DNA of 64,000 nt from Gammaproteobacteria bacterium. GTDB lineage: Bacteria; Pseudomonadota; Gammaproteobacteria; CAJXQU01. Where the stretch lies: NCBI GenBank assembly GCA_965238175.1, contig CBDEGZ010000003.1:128001-192000 (forward strand). Direction: 5' to 3'. This document shows, piece after piece, positions 9,779-20,254 of this stretch (its first letter is position 1; every line of letters begins with the position of its first letter). The notes under the pieces are model-generated. The model was not told the origin of the DNA. It worked only from the letters and a program-made list of their open reading frames with translations, and searched no databases. The translations under genes and the position numbers were made by a program.

Positions 9779-11572
9779 ATGAGCATAGTAAATTATCTAA
9801 ACGCGCGCGCGGTTAAAGCTTTCAAAACCGAGGACATTCCTGTTGAACTAGCTGTTTTTGGTGCTAGTGATAGACCTGATCTAGCCGACTTTCAATGTAA
9901 CGGCGCATTTCAAGCTGCAAAAGCACTGCGAAAAAACCCACGTGAAATTGCTGCTGCAGTTCAGCAACACTTGGAAAGTGATCCCGCATTTGAAGAAGTC
10001 ACCGTCGCCGGTCCTGGTTTTATTAATGTTCGGCTGACCAATGAATTTATCAGTGAAAATCTCGAAAGTTTGGATTTTGAAAATGTGATCAACGAAGGCG
10101 AAACACCAGAAACGATGATCTTTGATTATGGCGGCCCAAATATCGCCAAGCCTTTGCATGTTGGTCATTTAAGATCGGCTGTCATCGGTGATGCGGTAAA
10201 GCGTATCGCACGATCATTAGGACATACAGTGATCGCCGATATTCATCTCGGAGATTGGGGTACGCCGATGGGAATGTTAATCGCGGAATTGGAACAGCGA
10301 CATCCTGATTGGCCATATTTTTCCTCAAAATTTTCAGAGACTGAAACTTCATTCCCAGAAGAATCGCCGATCAATGTTGATGATCTCAACAGCCTCTATC
10401 CTGAAGCGGCAACCCATTTTAAAGAAGATTCAGAATTTGCTGATAAAGCACGTGTAACAACGGCAGAGCTGCAAGCAGGACGAGCAGGTTATCGCGCCTT
10501 ATGGCAACACTTTGTGAACACATCTTTGAGCTCGGTGAAAAAAGATTTCACCGCTTTAGATATCAATTTTGATCTATGGCTGGGTGAGTCTCACGCCGAT
10601 GTTGCCATGCCAGAAATGATCGCAGATCTAAAACAAAAAGGGCTTGCAGTTGAAAGTGATGGAGCAACAGTTATACACGTCGCACGAGAAGATGATGATT
10701 CAGAATTCCCACCACTAATCCTCGAAAAAACCGGTGGTGGTGTTACTTATGGAGCCACCGATCTGGCGACGATTTATCAACGTGTGAATCAGCATAAAAC
10801 GGAGCAAAAAGAAAAAATTGATCGTATTGTCTACATTGTTGATCAGCGACAATCGTTACATTTCAAACAAGTTTTTCGAGCAGCTGCACTGGCCGGATAT
10901 ATTGAAGAAGATCGCTTGGAGCATCTTGGTTTCGGAACCGTAAATGGGCCAGATGGAAAACCCTTCAAAACCCGCGAAGGTGGTGTTATGCGTCTTTCCG
11001 ATCTGTTACAAATGGCGCGCGATGAAGTCGCAAAAAAAATGGGTATAGTTGGTAAGAATGACGAAAATCTAACCAATATGGCGGAATCAATCGCCATGGC
11101 GGCGGTGAAGTATGGTGACCTCTCAACGCAAAGATTGGCTGATTATATTTTTGATACTTCAGCCTTCGTAAAACTTGACGGTAAAACCGGACCTTATATT
11201 CAGTATGCAGCCGTCCGAGTACAATCTTTGTTAGATAAAGCCGCTGAGAATGATCTAACGCCCGGATCAAAAATTACCTTAGAAGCACCCGAAGAAAGAG
11301 CACTGGCTTTATTATTATTAGAGTATCCCATAGTGCTACAACGCGCTCATGCTCGACGTATGCCGAGCGACTTATGCGAACATGTTTACAACATTGCACA
11401 AGCCTATAGTCGCTTCTATCAAAACTGCCCGGTCATGACCGCAGATTCAAAACAGCAAAGCGAATCACGACTCGCACTTAGCCAACTTTGTCGTCAAGAT
11501 ATTGTGGCGTGCATGGATAAGTTAGGGATAGTTATTCCTGATCGGATGGTGACGTTTGATCAAGAGGAATGA
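9779..11572 (+). CDS. argS: Arginine--tRNA ligase
   Basis: DYGGPNIAKPLHVGHLRS (HIGH motif), GKPFKTR and GKTGPYIQYA. Confidence 0.95.
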   Translation: MSIVNYLNARAVKAFKTEDIPVELAVFGASDRPDLADFQCNGAFQAAKALRKNPREIAAAVQQHLESDPAFEEVTVAGPGFINVRLTNEFISENLESLDFENVINEGETPETMIFDYGGPNIAKPLHVGHLRSAVIGDAVKRIARSLGHTVIADIHLGDWGTPMGMLIAELEQRHPDWPYFSSKFSETETSFPEESPINVDDLNSLYPEAATHFKEDSEFADKARVTTAELQAGRAGYRALWQHFVNTSLSSVKKDFTALDINFDLWLGESHADVAMPEMIADLKQKGLAVESDGATVIHVAREDDDSEFPPLILEKTGGGVTYGATDLATIYQRVNQHKTEQKEKIDRIVYIVDQRQSLHFKQVFRAAALAGYIEEDRLEHLGFGTVNGPDGKPFKTREGGVMRLSDLLQMARDEVAKKMGIVGKNDENLTNMAESIAMAAVKYGDLSTQRLADYIFDTSAFVKLDGKTGPYIQYAAVRVQSLLDKAAENDLTPGSKITLEAPEERALALLLLEYPIVLQRAHARRMPSDLCEHVYNIAQAYSRFYQNCPVMTADSKQQSESRLALSQLCRQDIVACMDKLGIVIPDRMVTFDQEE

Positions 11573-11624
11573 AGAAATATCACTCTTTTGTCATTAATAT
11601 TTTTGTATCTCTTGATCAAATAAT

Positions 11625-12359
11625 ATGACTGAAGAACATACAATTAGAGAGCTTGAAATTTACTTTGAATTTATAAAAGTCAGGAAATGGGATCCTGAGA
11701 ATGTGCATTATCAAAAAAAAAGAACCTCCCGAACCAGATCTTCTAGTCCATGACCAAAGTGGAAATATATTTTCAGTGGAACTGGTAGAAATTTTAGGTC
11801 AAGACTATATGGGGCCACTTGGAAAGACTTTTAAAATCAAAAGTTATCTCAACGATTATTTTGAAAGTTTAGAACAAAAAGAAAAGTCCTATTTTTTAGA
11901 AAAATACGGTAATGTGCAATTTTATTTGAGCTTTGAAGCAAGCTCCTCTTACAAACAAAGGTGCTCGGTTGTACCACAGCTTTTTGAGTATCTTTCCAAA
12001 CTGGATGATAACTTCGCTGAAGAACATTCTTTGCATACTATGAAAGAGTTTCCGTTTTTAAATTCAATTAAAATTTATAGACTTAATATTAATGGACCTC
12101 TTTTTGATATCGAATGTACTTCTTCTATATCTGATCCAACTGTACTCGTTCTAAAAAAGAAGTTTGGTAAATCATACCAATCTCAGTATCCTATTGAATT
12201 ACTTGCATACATTAAGAACCAGCCAATGGTACCACCAGAAATATGGAAGCATAATCTCAAAATATTTCTCCAAAAGAAAAAAACGGGCCATTTGATAGGA
12301 TATGGGTTTTTGATGTAAATAGAAAATCAATTGAAGCTGTATATTCCAAACTTGATTGA
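11625..12359 (+). pseudogene. Hypothetical protein with two homopolymer frameshifts
   Basis: ATG at 11625 (MTEEHTIRELEIYFEF...YQKK) joins EPPEPDLL if the A9 run near 11713-11721 were A8. The C-terminus GPFDRIWVFDVNRKSIEAVYSKLD* lies in another frame after an A7 run at 12277-12283. Confidence 0.55.
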
Positions 12360-12428
12360 TTTAGTTTAGGTCGGATTGTTCTACGCTATTCCGGCGTACA
12401 TTTTGTTCGTATTAATTACCATTAGGCG

Positions 12429-12831
12429 TTATTTTTTCATTGTCACTGTTCGTAGCCACAAGTGTTCAACAAAAGGAAGAAAATCTCGATCAGAAAATAA
12501 CAACGGGAGTTTATTTCTAATGCAAAAAGTTGCGATGATCACGTCCGCTGTTTTTCTTATTGTGATCCCTTTCTTTCTTAGTTTCCGGTAGTTTTCAGCA
12601 GACTTTATTGCATTTTCGTGACCAAGTATTTCATATTGATGTAACGAGGCCAGGTGTTTTTTGGCGGCAGAATAATCTTTGTCGGATTGAAAATCCTTGT
12701 AGGATCTCAACGAGAATCAAATCACCAATAGCGACTACTTCAGATCCCAGAGCCTGATCAAGTGTTGCAGTTTCGAGTGTATCTTGACCATTGAAATAGT
12801 CGATCCAAACGCTCGTGTCGACTATGATCAT
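12429..12831 (-). pseudogene. vapC: VapC PIN-domain toxin, frameshifted
   Basis: MIIVDTSVWIDYF...EILQGF in one frame and QSDKDY...TIRKTADVIIATFC...LLFSDRDF in another. One extra base in the T4 run at 12690-12693. Confidence 0.85.
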
Positions 12832-13022
12832 TTAGTGGATCTCATGTCTTTCAGATCACCTTCCCATTTGATATTACCGCGTAAGGTTTTTATGTCGGAT
12901 TGCTTGCGTAGCTTTACTAATAGCTTTAAACCTTCTTCTACAACTTCCTTCTTGGTTTGTGATCCACTGGCTTTGAGAGCATCGGCCATGAGTTTATCGT
13001 CTATAACAATGTTAGTTCGCAT
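12828..13022 (-). CDS. vapB: VapB antitoxin
   Basis: MRTNIVIDDKLM...TKKEVVEEGL...LRGNIKWEGDL. Overlaps the vapC start by 4 nt. Confidence 0.9.
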   Translation of the reverse strand: MRTNIVIDDKLMADALKASGSQTKKEVVEEGLKLLVKLRKQSDIKTLRGNIKWEGDLKDMRSTK

Positions 13023-13381
13023 TTTGCACCTATATGTATAAATTATTTATTAATACACATTTTAGTTTGGTTTGAAAATATAACAAGTCGATCTTATTAA
13101 GAACTATTTCTAGTTTAATGTTTGGGGAAACTGCCCAGACCTGTTTTTGCTCCTCGTTAGCTGTCTACATCGACAATCAGAGTACCTTCGATTGGGCAAA
13201 TATGAACCGCGCTTAAATAAACATTGACGAGATCTAATTCACTTTTATCAGGAATCAAAGCTGTCCTGATTATACTTCATCAAAACGTTAGTTCAGTAAT
13301 CAATTCTTTTATGATCTTTTGTATACTATCTTTTAAAATAACGTTTTCTATCACTAACTAAAATAATAAAAGGAGTCATAG

Positions 13382-14323
13382 ATGGCCGGTAGTAGTTTGT
13401 TTGCTTTAATAGATGATATTGCAACAATTCTTGATGATGTTGCTTTGATGACAAAGGTTGCGGCGAAAAAAACCGCAGGTGTTTTAGGTGATGATCTGGC
13501 GCTTAATGCGGAACAGGTTTCGGGTGTAAAAGCCGATCGTGAATTACCGGTAGTTTGGGCAGTTGCGAAAGGTTCGTTCGTTAACAAGTTGATTCTGGTA
13601 CCGGCAGCACTTGCGATAAGTGCGTTTATTCCCTGGCTGATTACACCTTTGCTAATGGTCGGTGGTGCTTATTTATGTTTTGAAGGTGTTGAAAAACTGG
13701 CGCATAAGTTTGGACATCACGAGGAAGAGGATCAAGCACATCATGATGAAATTGCCCAAGCATTGGTTGATCAAAATGTTGATATGGTGGCCTTTGAAGA
13801 AGAAAAAATAAAAGGTGCGATCCGTACCGATTTTGTACTTTCTGCCGAGATAATCGTTATCGCTTTAGGGACGGTTAAAGAAGCAGCCTTTTCTTCTCAA
13901 GTCGCCGTTGTTTGTGCAATCGCTATGATCATGACAATTGGTGTTTATGGACTTGTTGCAGGAATTGTTAAGCTCGATGATGGTGGATTATTATTGATCA
14001 AATCCACTGCACAAAATGCCTGGGGTGGTTTCAAACGCTGGTTGGGTAAAACGATTTTATGGTTTGCTCCTTTTTTGATGAAAACTCTTTCTGTGGTTGG
14101 AACGGCGGCAATGTTTTTAGTTGGCGGTGGTATTCTGGTGCATGGAATCCCAGAGAGTTACGCACACTACTTACATGTAGAAGAAGCGGCTAAACAATTA
14201 CCGATGATTGGTAGCCTTGCCGCCGCTATTGGACCGATGTTGGTAAATGCAATTGTTGGTATTATTGCCGGTGCAATAGTTTTAGTTATTGTCAGTTTAA
14301 TCCAAAAGATTATGGACAAATAA
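13382..14323 (+). CDS. yedI: DUF808 (YedI-like) inner membrane protein
   Basis: MAGSSLFALIDDIA...KKTAGVLGDDLALNAEQV...GAIRTDFVLSAEI. Confidence 0.9.
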   Translation: MAGSSLFALIDDIATILDDVALMTKVAAKKTAGVLGDDLALNAEQVSGVKADRELPVVWAVAKGSFVNKLILVPAALAISAFIPWLITPLLMVGGAYLCFEGVEKLAHKFGHHEEEDQAHHDEIAQALVDQNVDMVAFEEEKIKGAIRTDFVLSAEIIVIALGTVKEAAFSSQVAVVCAIAMIMTIGVYGLVAGIVKLDDGGLLLIKSTAQNAWGGFKRWLGKTILWFAPFLMKTLSVVGTAAMFLVGGGILVHGIPESYAHYLHVEEAAKQLPMIGSLAAAIGPMLVNAIVGIIAGAIVLVIVSLIQKIMDK

Positions 14324-15047
14324 CCGGAATAGACTTCACTAGTTCAATTTCCACAGGTGAAATTTTTGCAGAATAAGCAATCGCTTCAACACCAGAATTG
14401 ATCGCTGTTCGTAATAGTTGGCCATATTCTGGATCGATTTTATCAGCCGGTCGCACTTCTTCAACATCATTACGTTGCACGCAATAAAAAATGATCGCTC
14501 GTTTACCTTGTTCGACCATTGTTTGTAGTTCACGCAAATGTTTGCTGCCGCGTTTGGTTACGGCATCTGGAAAGTAGGCAATGTTATCTTCAACGAGGGT
14601 GACATTTTTTACTTCAACGTAACAATCTTGTTTTTCTTCACCTTCAGGCTGTTGATCAATTAACATCAGATCTATTCGACTATTTTCTATGCCATATTTC
14701 ACTTCATGCCGGATTTGATCATAGCCCTGTAACTCGGTAATGATTTCATTTTTGATCGCTTCTTCTACTAAAAAATTGCTGAGATGTGTGTTGATTCCGA
14801 CAAGCACGTTTGGTTTTGTTTCAACCATTTCCCACGAGTATGGATATTTTCGATCAGGATTTTTTGTGTCCCTTAACCAAACTGTAGAACCCTGTTCACT
14901 ACAACCTCGCATCGAACCTGTATTAGGAGTGTGTGCAGTAATTTGGTCACCATTTTCAAGAATAATATCCGCCAGGAAGCGTTTGTAACGTTTGATCAAG
15001 GTTCCTTTGATCAATGGTGATTTAAATTCCATAACTTTATTTCTCAC
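14310..15047 (-). CDS. sfsA: DNA/RNA nuclease SfsA
   Basis: LIKRYKRFLAD, HTPNTGSM, YVEVKNVTL and FPDAVTKRGSKHLREL. Confidence 0.95.
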   Translation of the reverse strand: MRNKVMEFKSPLIKGTLIKRYKRFLADIILENGDQITAHTPNTGSMRGCSEQGSTVWLRDTKNPDRKYPYSWEMVETKPNVLVGINTHLSNFLVEEAIKNEIITELQGYDQIRHEVKYGIENSRIDLMLIDQQPEGEEKQDCYVEVKNVTLVEDNIAYFPDAVTKRGSKHLRELQTMVEQGKRAIIFYCVQRNDVEEVRPADKIDPEYGQLLRTAINSGVEAIAYSAKISPVEIELVKSIPVICP

Positions 15048-15101
15048 TTTTTTATTTTATGAAAGATAACATAGGTTGTTTTATGGATAATCGATCTTTA
15101 T

Positions 15102-15136
15102 AAAAAAATGGCCAGAGAGATAGTTCTCTCTGGCCA
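15102..15136 (-). terminator. Rho-independent terminator of the pspA-membrane protein operon
   Basis: TGGCCAGAGAGA-TAGT-TCTCTCTGGCCA perfect stem followed by T7 on the minus strand. Confidence 0.8.
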
Positions 15137-15171
15137 AATTGATAACAATACAGATTAAAAAAAGATCTGTA

Positions 15172-16566
15172 TTACTCTTGTGATACCGCTTGTTTCCAAT
15201 TGGTAAGTTTCAATTTGATAGTCGCGCCGTGACGTTCAAGTATGGATGCGATCACAATGGCAGATGCACCAGTAATTGCAAAACCCAGCCAACCACTGTT
15301 CATAAATATTTCAAATATCTCTTGTAGACCATAATAGATGCTCATCAAAGTAGTAGAAATACCCAATAAGCTCAGTAGTTTTATTTGTGATCGTAAACCA
15401 AAATAAACCAAACCAAGACCAGACGCGAAACCAAGAATTACACTCGCCGCTGTGTCATAACTCAACAGGTTTATTGTCACTATTGTCGCGATCAAAAATG
15501 ATGCAATTATTGTATTCAGTGTTCCAATATTCTTTCTACTGGTACGTTGTGAGAAGTCATATATAAAGACAGCAAGAATAATAACCGCTAGGGTTGCCAC
15601 TAGATCATGTTGTACAAAATTTTCAAAAAAGTTAAATGCAGAAAACATAAACGAATAAGCAACAGGTATAGACAAGATCTCAAGACCCGCACGAAGTACT
15701 GAAACTTCTTTCAACATCATAGAGATCTGGCGTAAAGTGATAAAAGCACATGCACTTAAAGTTAGTTCTAATACTATGTCGAACTCATACAGGAACAGAC
15801 TACGGACAATTAATAATATTGCTGGCACAATCAGCAGTGCAAGAGAAAACTTACCTTCAAACGTTGTCAGTGTAGAGTCTTGTTTGTATAGTTGTTGAAT
15901 AATATATGCCGCATAAAATGTTGCCACAATGATCAGTACACCTGTGGCAAGTGAGCCACGTAATGGCAGTAACAAAAGACTGTTTAAAGCAAGAAAGTTG
16001 ATAGTCAACATCTTTGCCGAGCGTCTTGCCATAATCGTAAAACTAAACAGGGTAACGATACTCAATAGTAATAATGCACCGCCTGCGACAAAGCTAACCA
16101 TACTTGGGTTGATTATTTTCCAGCTTGCAAATTCAGGATAGTTAATCAATGAACCATCCCATTGTGTAACGGAATAAATCAGTGCGCCTAAAATAGTAAA
16201 GTTAGCGGGGATGGAAACCAGTGATAACCCAAAAAATAGCCGCGCACCTTTGTTCTCTTTGAGCAAATAGCTCATTAAAAAACCACCGCCTGCCAGCAGG
16301 CCCGTCTGGGTTAATAATTTCAAGTATCGTTGAATATCATTTCCATCACTCCATCCTTGCAAGAGAAACATCGACATAGATGCAATCATGATCATTGCAC
16401 CAAGAATTCTTAGAATCTCTGAGATGGTCGCAAACTCTTTAATGATTGCGATCACTTTTGTCATCTTTGATGGTTGTTGTTCGTGATCAATTTCTTGTCT
16501 TTCGTAAATATGATTTTCTGTCACTGCAGGTATATCCTGCGGTGCGAATTCAATTTGAGTGGTCAT
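15172..16566 (-). CDS. Polytopic membrane protein (12+ TM), PspA-associated
   Basis: 464-aa hydrophobic ORF starting 3 nt after the pspA-like stop. Confidence 0.75.
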   Translation of the reverse strand: MTTQIEFAPQDIPAVTENHIYERQEIDHEQQPSKMTKVIAIIKEFATISEILRILGAMIMIASMSMFLLQGWSDGNDIQRYLKLLTQTGLLAGGGFLMSYLLKENKGARLFFGLSLVSIPANFTILGALIYSVTQWDGSLINYPEFASWKIINPSMVSFVAGGALLLLSIVTLFSFTIMARRSAKMLTINFLALNSLLLLPLRGSLATGVLIIVATFYAAYIIQQLYKQDSTLTTFEGKFSLALLIVPAILLIVRSLFLYEFDIVLELTLSACAFITLRQISMMLKEVSVLRAGLEILSIPVAYSFMFSAFNFFENFVQHDLVATLAVIILAVFIYDFSQRTSRKNIGTLNTIIASFLIATIVTINLLSYDTAASVILGFASGLGLVYFGLRSQIKLLSLLGISTTLMSIYYGLQEIFEIFMNSGWLGFAITGASAIVIASILERHGATIKLKLTNWKQAVSQE

Positions 16567-16569
16567 TTT

Positions 16570-17217
16570 TTACTGCTCCTTATTGTGCAATAAAGCCTCA
16601 AGTTCCATCTTAAGACTGTCTTTTTCTTCCTGTTGGAGAAACTCGTATTCAAGAACATTGGTTGTTGAAGCCTGCTCCACTGTGATCTCTGTTTCAGCCA
16701 GGCTAATTTCCCAACGATCAAAAGTATCTTCGATCTCTGATTGCGCACCACCTTCCAGATGACTGATCACTCGCATCGCTTCAGCGGCTGATTGACGTGA
16801 GCGCATGGCATTGCGTTGCTGACTCATGTCTGTGATACGGCTTTCTATTTTGGTGAGATTTTCGCGCACATTTTTTTCAACTTCTTCGTACTTACGAAAG
16901 GACTGTTGCAAATTGTCGAGAGTGGTTTCGCAATGTTTTTTTTGTTTTAAACATTGCAATGCCTTTTCTTGATCAGATTCTGCGACTGACATAGCACGAT
17001 CAGTCCAAAGGGTAATATCCTGCTTTGTTTTTTCCCGTTTTTGCTGAAGGTTCTCACCATCACGCTGGACTCTCGTTAAATGTACTCGTGTGCGCGCTGC
17101 GGCCTGCCGGGTTTCTTTGATCGAAGCTTCAATGATCGCATCATGGTTTTCTACCCGTGAGACAGCCTGGTCTACAGATGCAGAAACAGTGGCAGAAATT
17201 CTTTTAAATAAGCTCAT
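16570..17217 (-). CDS. PspA/IM30 family protein
   Basis: MSLFKRISATV amphipathic N-terminus, long coiled coil, TFDRWE and LEYEF...LEAL. RBS AGAGGA before the ATG at 17217. Confidence 0.85.
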   Translation of the reverse strand: MSLFKRISATVSASVDQAVSRVENHDAIIEASIKETRQAAARTRVHLTRVQRDGENLQQKREKTKQDITLWTDRAMSVAESDQEKALQCLKQKKHCETTLDNLQQSFRKYEEVEKNVRENLTKIESRITDMSQQRNAMRSRQSAAEAMRVISHLEGGAQSEIEDTFDRWEISLAETEITVEQASTTNVLEYEFLQQEEKDSLKMELEALLHNKEQ

Positions 17218-17337
17218 AACAGATTCCTCTTTTATTAATGAATGGAAGTATGAGTTTGGCAGCAAAGCATTAAATATAAAACTAAAATAATAAAAGTACG
17301 CTATAATTTACTATAAAGTATAGATATACAGTACTTA

Positions 17338-18111
17338 ATGATAAGTCAGGAGCCTATGACACGCGCTATAAACTTGATTGATGCTTTGAAATGTCAGTTA
17401 AAACAAACGGGTATCACCTACCGACAACTGGCGCGGCGTCTTGAACTATCTGAGTCTGCCATCAAACAAATGTTTGCTTCAGGTAACTTCTCGCTCAAAC
17501 GGCTCGACAAGATTTGTGATGTTATTGATTTGGATATTGGCGAATTGGTTGAACTGGCAATCAGTGGTCAGGATCGTATTCTAGAACTCGGGTTAGATCG
17601 CGAGCGAGAATTGGTTGCTGATATTCATCTATTGTTAGTCGCCTATTGTCTGGTTAATAACTGGACCGTTGCCGAGATCCTTGATCGTTACATTATTGAA
17701 GAACATGAGGCCACGCTACTTCTGAGTAAACTTGATCGTATGGGAATGATTGAGCTTCTTCCAGCTAATCGCGTAAGGCTATTGATCTCTCGCAGCTTTA
17801 GATGGTTAGAAAATGGACCGATTGAAAGGTTTTTTCGTACCCAGGTACAGGGTGAGTTTTTCAAAAGTAACTTCAGTAGAGATGGGGCATTAAGGCTCGT
17901 TAAAAATGGTGATATTACCAAACGTGGTCTACGACAACTCACTGAAAGAATACAAGCCACAGGTAACCTCTTCGATGAGATTTGCCACGAAGAACGTAAA
18001 CTGTTTGCAGAAGAGCGGGAAGGAACGACAATGATTCTGGCCATCCGACATTGGGAGTTTACGGCCTTTGTTGATCTGGAAAGAGAACAGAAATCGAACC
18101 TAGGTTCGTAG
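17338..18111 (+). CDS. XRE/Cro-C1 HTH transcriptional regulator
   Basis: LKCQLKQTGITYRQLARRLELSESAIKQMF...FSLKRLDKIC. Divergent from pspA. Confidence 0.85.
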   Translation: MISQEPMTRAINLIDALKCQLKQTGITYRQLARRLELSESAIKQMFASGNFSLKRLDKICDVIDLDIGELVELAISGQDRILELGLDRERELVADIHLLLVAYCLVNNWTVAEILDRYIIEEHEATLLLSKLDRMGMIELLPANRVRLLISRSFRWLENGPIERFFRTQVQGEFFKSNFSRDGALRLVKNGDITKRGLRQLTERIQATGNLFDEICHEERKLFAEEREGTTMILAIRHWEFTAFVDLEREQKSNLGS

Positions 18112-18130
18112 TCAAACTAAGCTCTATTTC

Positions 18131-18418
18131 TTAGTTCTGTTTAGCTTGTTGGCGTAGGATATAAAATTCCATCACTTCGCCAGTTTCGATCAAATGGACT
18201 ATTTCGTGACCAGTACGGGCACAATAAGCTTTGAAGTCGACCACGGCATGTGGATCTGTTGCCATGACGTGCAAAATTTCGCCATCTTCCATACGCTGCA
18301 AAGCGAGTTTTGTTTTTAAGATCGGCAGGGGACAATTCAAGCCTTTTGCATCAAGGACTTGGTTTGGTTCTGGATATATAATGTTATCTTTCACAGGGTT
18401 AAAGATAACATACTGCAC
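18131..18418 (-). CDS. TusA/SirA family sulfur carrier
   Basis: LDAKGLNCPLPILK and ATDP motifs. Confidence 0.9.
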   Translation of the reverse strand: MQYVIFNPVKDNIIYPEPNQVLDAKGLNCPLPILKTKLALQRMEDGEILHVMATDPHAVVDFKAYCARTGHEIVHLIETGEVMEFYILRQQAKQN

Positions 18419-18486
18419 GAAATATTTTGTAAGAAAAATGACTAGCTAAATAATTCATGTGAATAAAAATAGAAGAGCCAATCAAA

Positions 18487-19977
18487 TTGAATGAGAATAA
18501 TTCTCCAAATTTTGATAATTCTTATGTGTCGTTACCAGAGCGATTTTATACTCGGTTAGCGCCAACTGAAGTATCAAACCCTGAACTAATACGAGTAAAC
18601 CATTCATTGGCTGAAAAGCTGGGAATTAATGTGAGCTGGTTAGAATCTGAACAGGGGCTACAAACGATTGCCGGTAATTTTATTCCTGAAGGATCAGAAC
18701 CTATTGCAACGGTTTATGCAGGACATCAATTTGGTAATTGGAACTCACAATTGGGTGATGGGCGTGCGATCTTGTTAGGAGAAATTTTAGATCCTGAAGA
18801 TCGAAGATACGATCTTCAACTAAAGGGTTCTGGGCCGACGCCTTATTCTCGGGGCGGTGATGGTCGAGCGCCTCTTGGCCCTATCTTACGAGAATATATC
18901 GTAAGCGAAGCAATGGCTGCACTTGGTATTCCTACGACAAGAGCGCTGGCTTGTGTGACAACAGGCAATAATGTTTATCGTGGGATTCCATCACCAGGCG
19001 CTATTCTGGCCCGCGTCGCACAAAGCCATATCCGCATAGGTCATTTCCAATTTTTTGCATCGCGTGGCGATATTGAGGGACTACGTTTATTGGCCGATCA
19101 TGTTATTCAAAGACATTATCCTGATCTGGAAAAATCTGAGAATCCGTATAGAGACTTGTATAAAGCTGTCATCAAAAAACAAGCTGCGTTAGTTGCTCAA
19201 TGGCAGCTTATTGGCTTTATTCACGGAGTGATGAATACCGATAACATGTTGCTGTCTGGAGAAACGATTGATTATGGGCCTTGTGCATTTATGGATGTTT
19301 TTGATCCTGATGTAGTGTTTAGTTCGATTGATCAAGGCGGACGTTATGCCTATGGAAAACAACCAGATATAGCGCATTGGAATTTAATGTGCCTGGGACA
19401 GTCACTTTTTCCATTGTTTGAAGAAGATGAAAAACAAGCCTTGGAAATAGCTCAAGAAGCTCTTGATCAATTTCCTGATTATTATTCCAAAGCATACCAA
19501 CAAGGGATAAATAAAAAGTTAGGTTTGGAAGAAACTATTCATGGTGACGCTGGCCAAATTTTAGGCGAGGAGCTGTTGCAGTTAATGCATCGACAGGAGC
19601 TAGATTTCACACTCACATTTCGACGGCTGGCAGAACTTGTTCAGGAAGAAAATGATCAAGCGAGTATAAGTTCAATTATTGAATTTCCAGAAACACTACA
19701 GCCATGGCTAGAAAAATGGCAAGCAGAACTTGATAAAAATATCGTAGATCGATCATTCCTGCAGTCGCAAATGTTCTTAACAAACCCGGCTTATATTCCA
19801 AGAAACCACCTTGTTGAAGAAGCCATCACTAAAGCAATAGATCAAAAAGATTTTTCAGCATTTAATCATCTGTTGGATTTATTAAAAGATCCTTTCATAT
19901 TAGATCCTGAGTTGCTCTCTTATGCAAATACACCCACATCGGATCAAATTGTTATTGCGACATTTTGTGGAACCTGA
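18487..19977 (+). CDS. selO: Protein adenylyltransferase SelO (YdiU)
   Basis: YAGHQFG, LGDGRA, QLKGSGPTPYSRGGDGRA, HGVMNTDN and C-terminal TFCGT. Confidence 0.93.
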   Translation: MNENNSPNFDNSYVSLPERFYTRLAPTEVSNPELIRVNHSLAEKLGINVSWLESEQGLQTIAGNFIPEGSEPIATVYAGHQFGNWNSQLGDGRAILLGEILDPEDRRYDLQLKGSGPTPYSRGGDGRAPLGPILREYIVSEAMAALGIPTTRALACVTTGNNVYRGIPSPGAILARVAQSHIRIGHFQFFASRGDIEGLRLLADHVIQRHYPDLEKSENPYRDLYKAVIKKQAALVAQWQLIGFIHGVMNTDNMLLSGETIDYGPCAFMDVFDPDVVFSSIDQGGRYAYGKQPDIAHWNLMCLGQSLFPLFEEDEKQALEIAQEALDQFPDYYSKAYQQGINKKLGLEETIHGDAGQILGEELLQLMHRQELDFTLTFRRLAELVQEENDQASISSIIEFPETLQPWLEKWQAELDKNIVDRSFLQSQMFLTNPAYIPRNHLVEEAITKAIDQKDFSAFNHLLDLLKDPFILDPELLSYANTPTSDQIVIATFCGT

Positions 19978-20254
19978 ATGAAATTTATTATGACTTTCAG
20001 GTAACCTTTCCTTTTAAAACTTTTAATAATAACAATTAAATTGAGCTCAAAAAGAACAACCCAGTTTTCTTCAATTAATGAACAAGTGGACTCAAATTTA
20101 AATTGATTGTGATATGACTAACATCGAAGATCAAAACCGATTCGATATTACTACTCTTTGTTATTGTTCTTTAAGAACAATTATCTAGTTCACGTTGTAA
20201 CAAATCGATTAATTAACCTCAGATCAATTTAAGAAACGGTCACTAATGTCTGCT

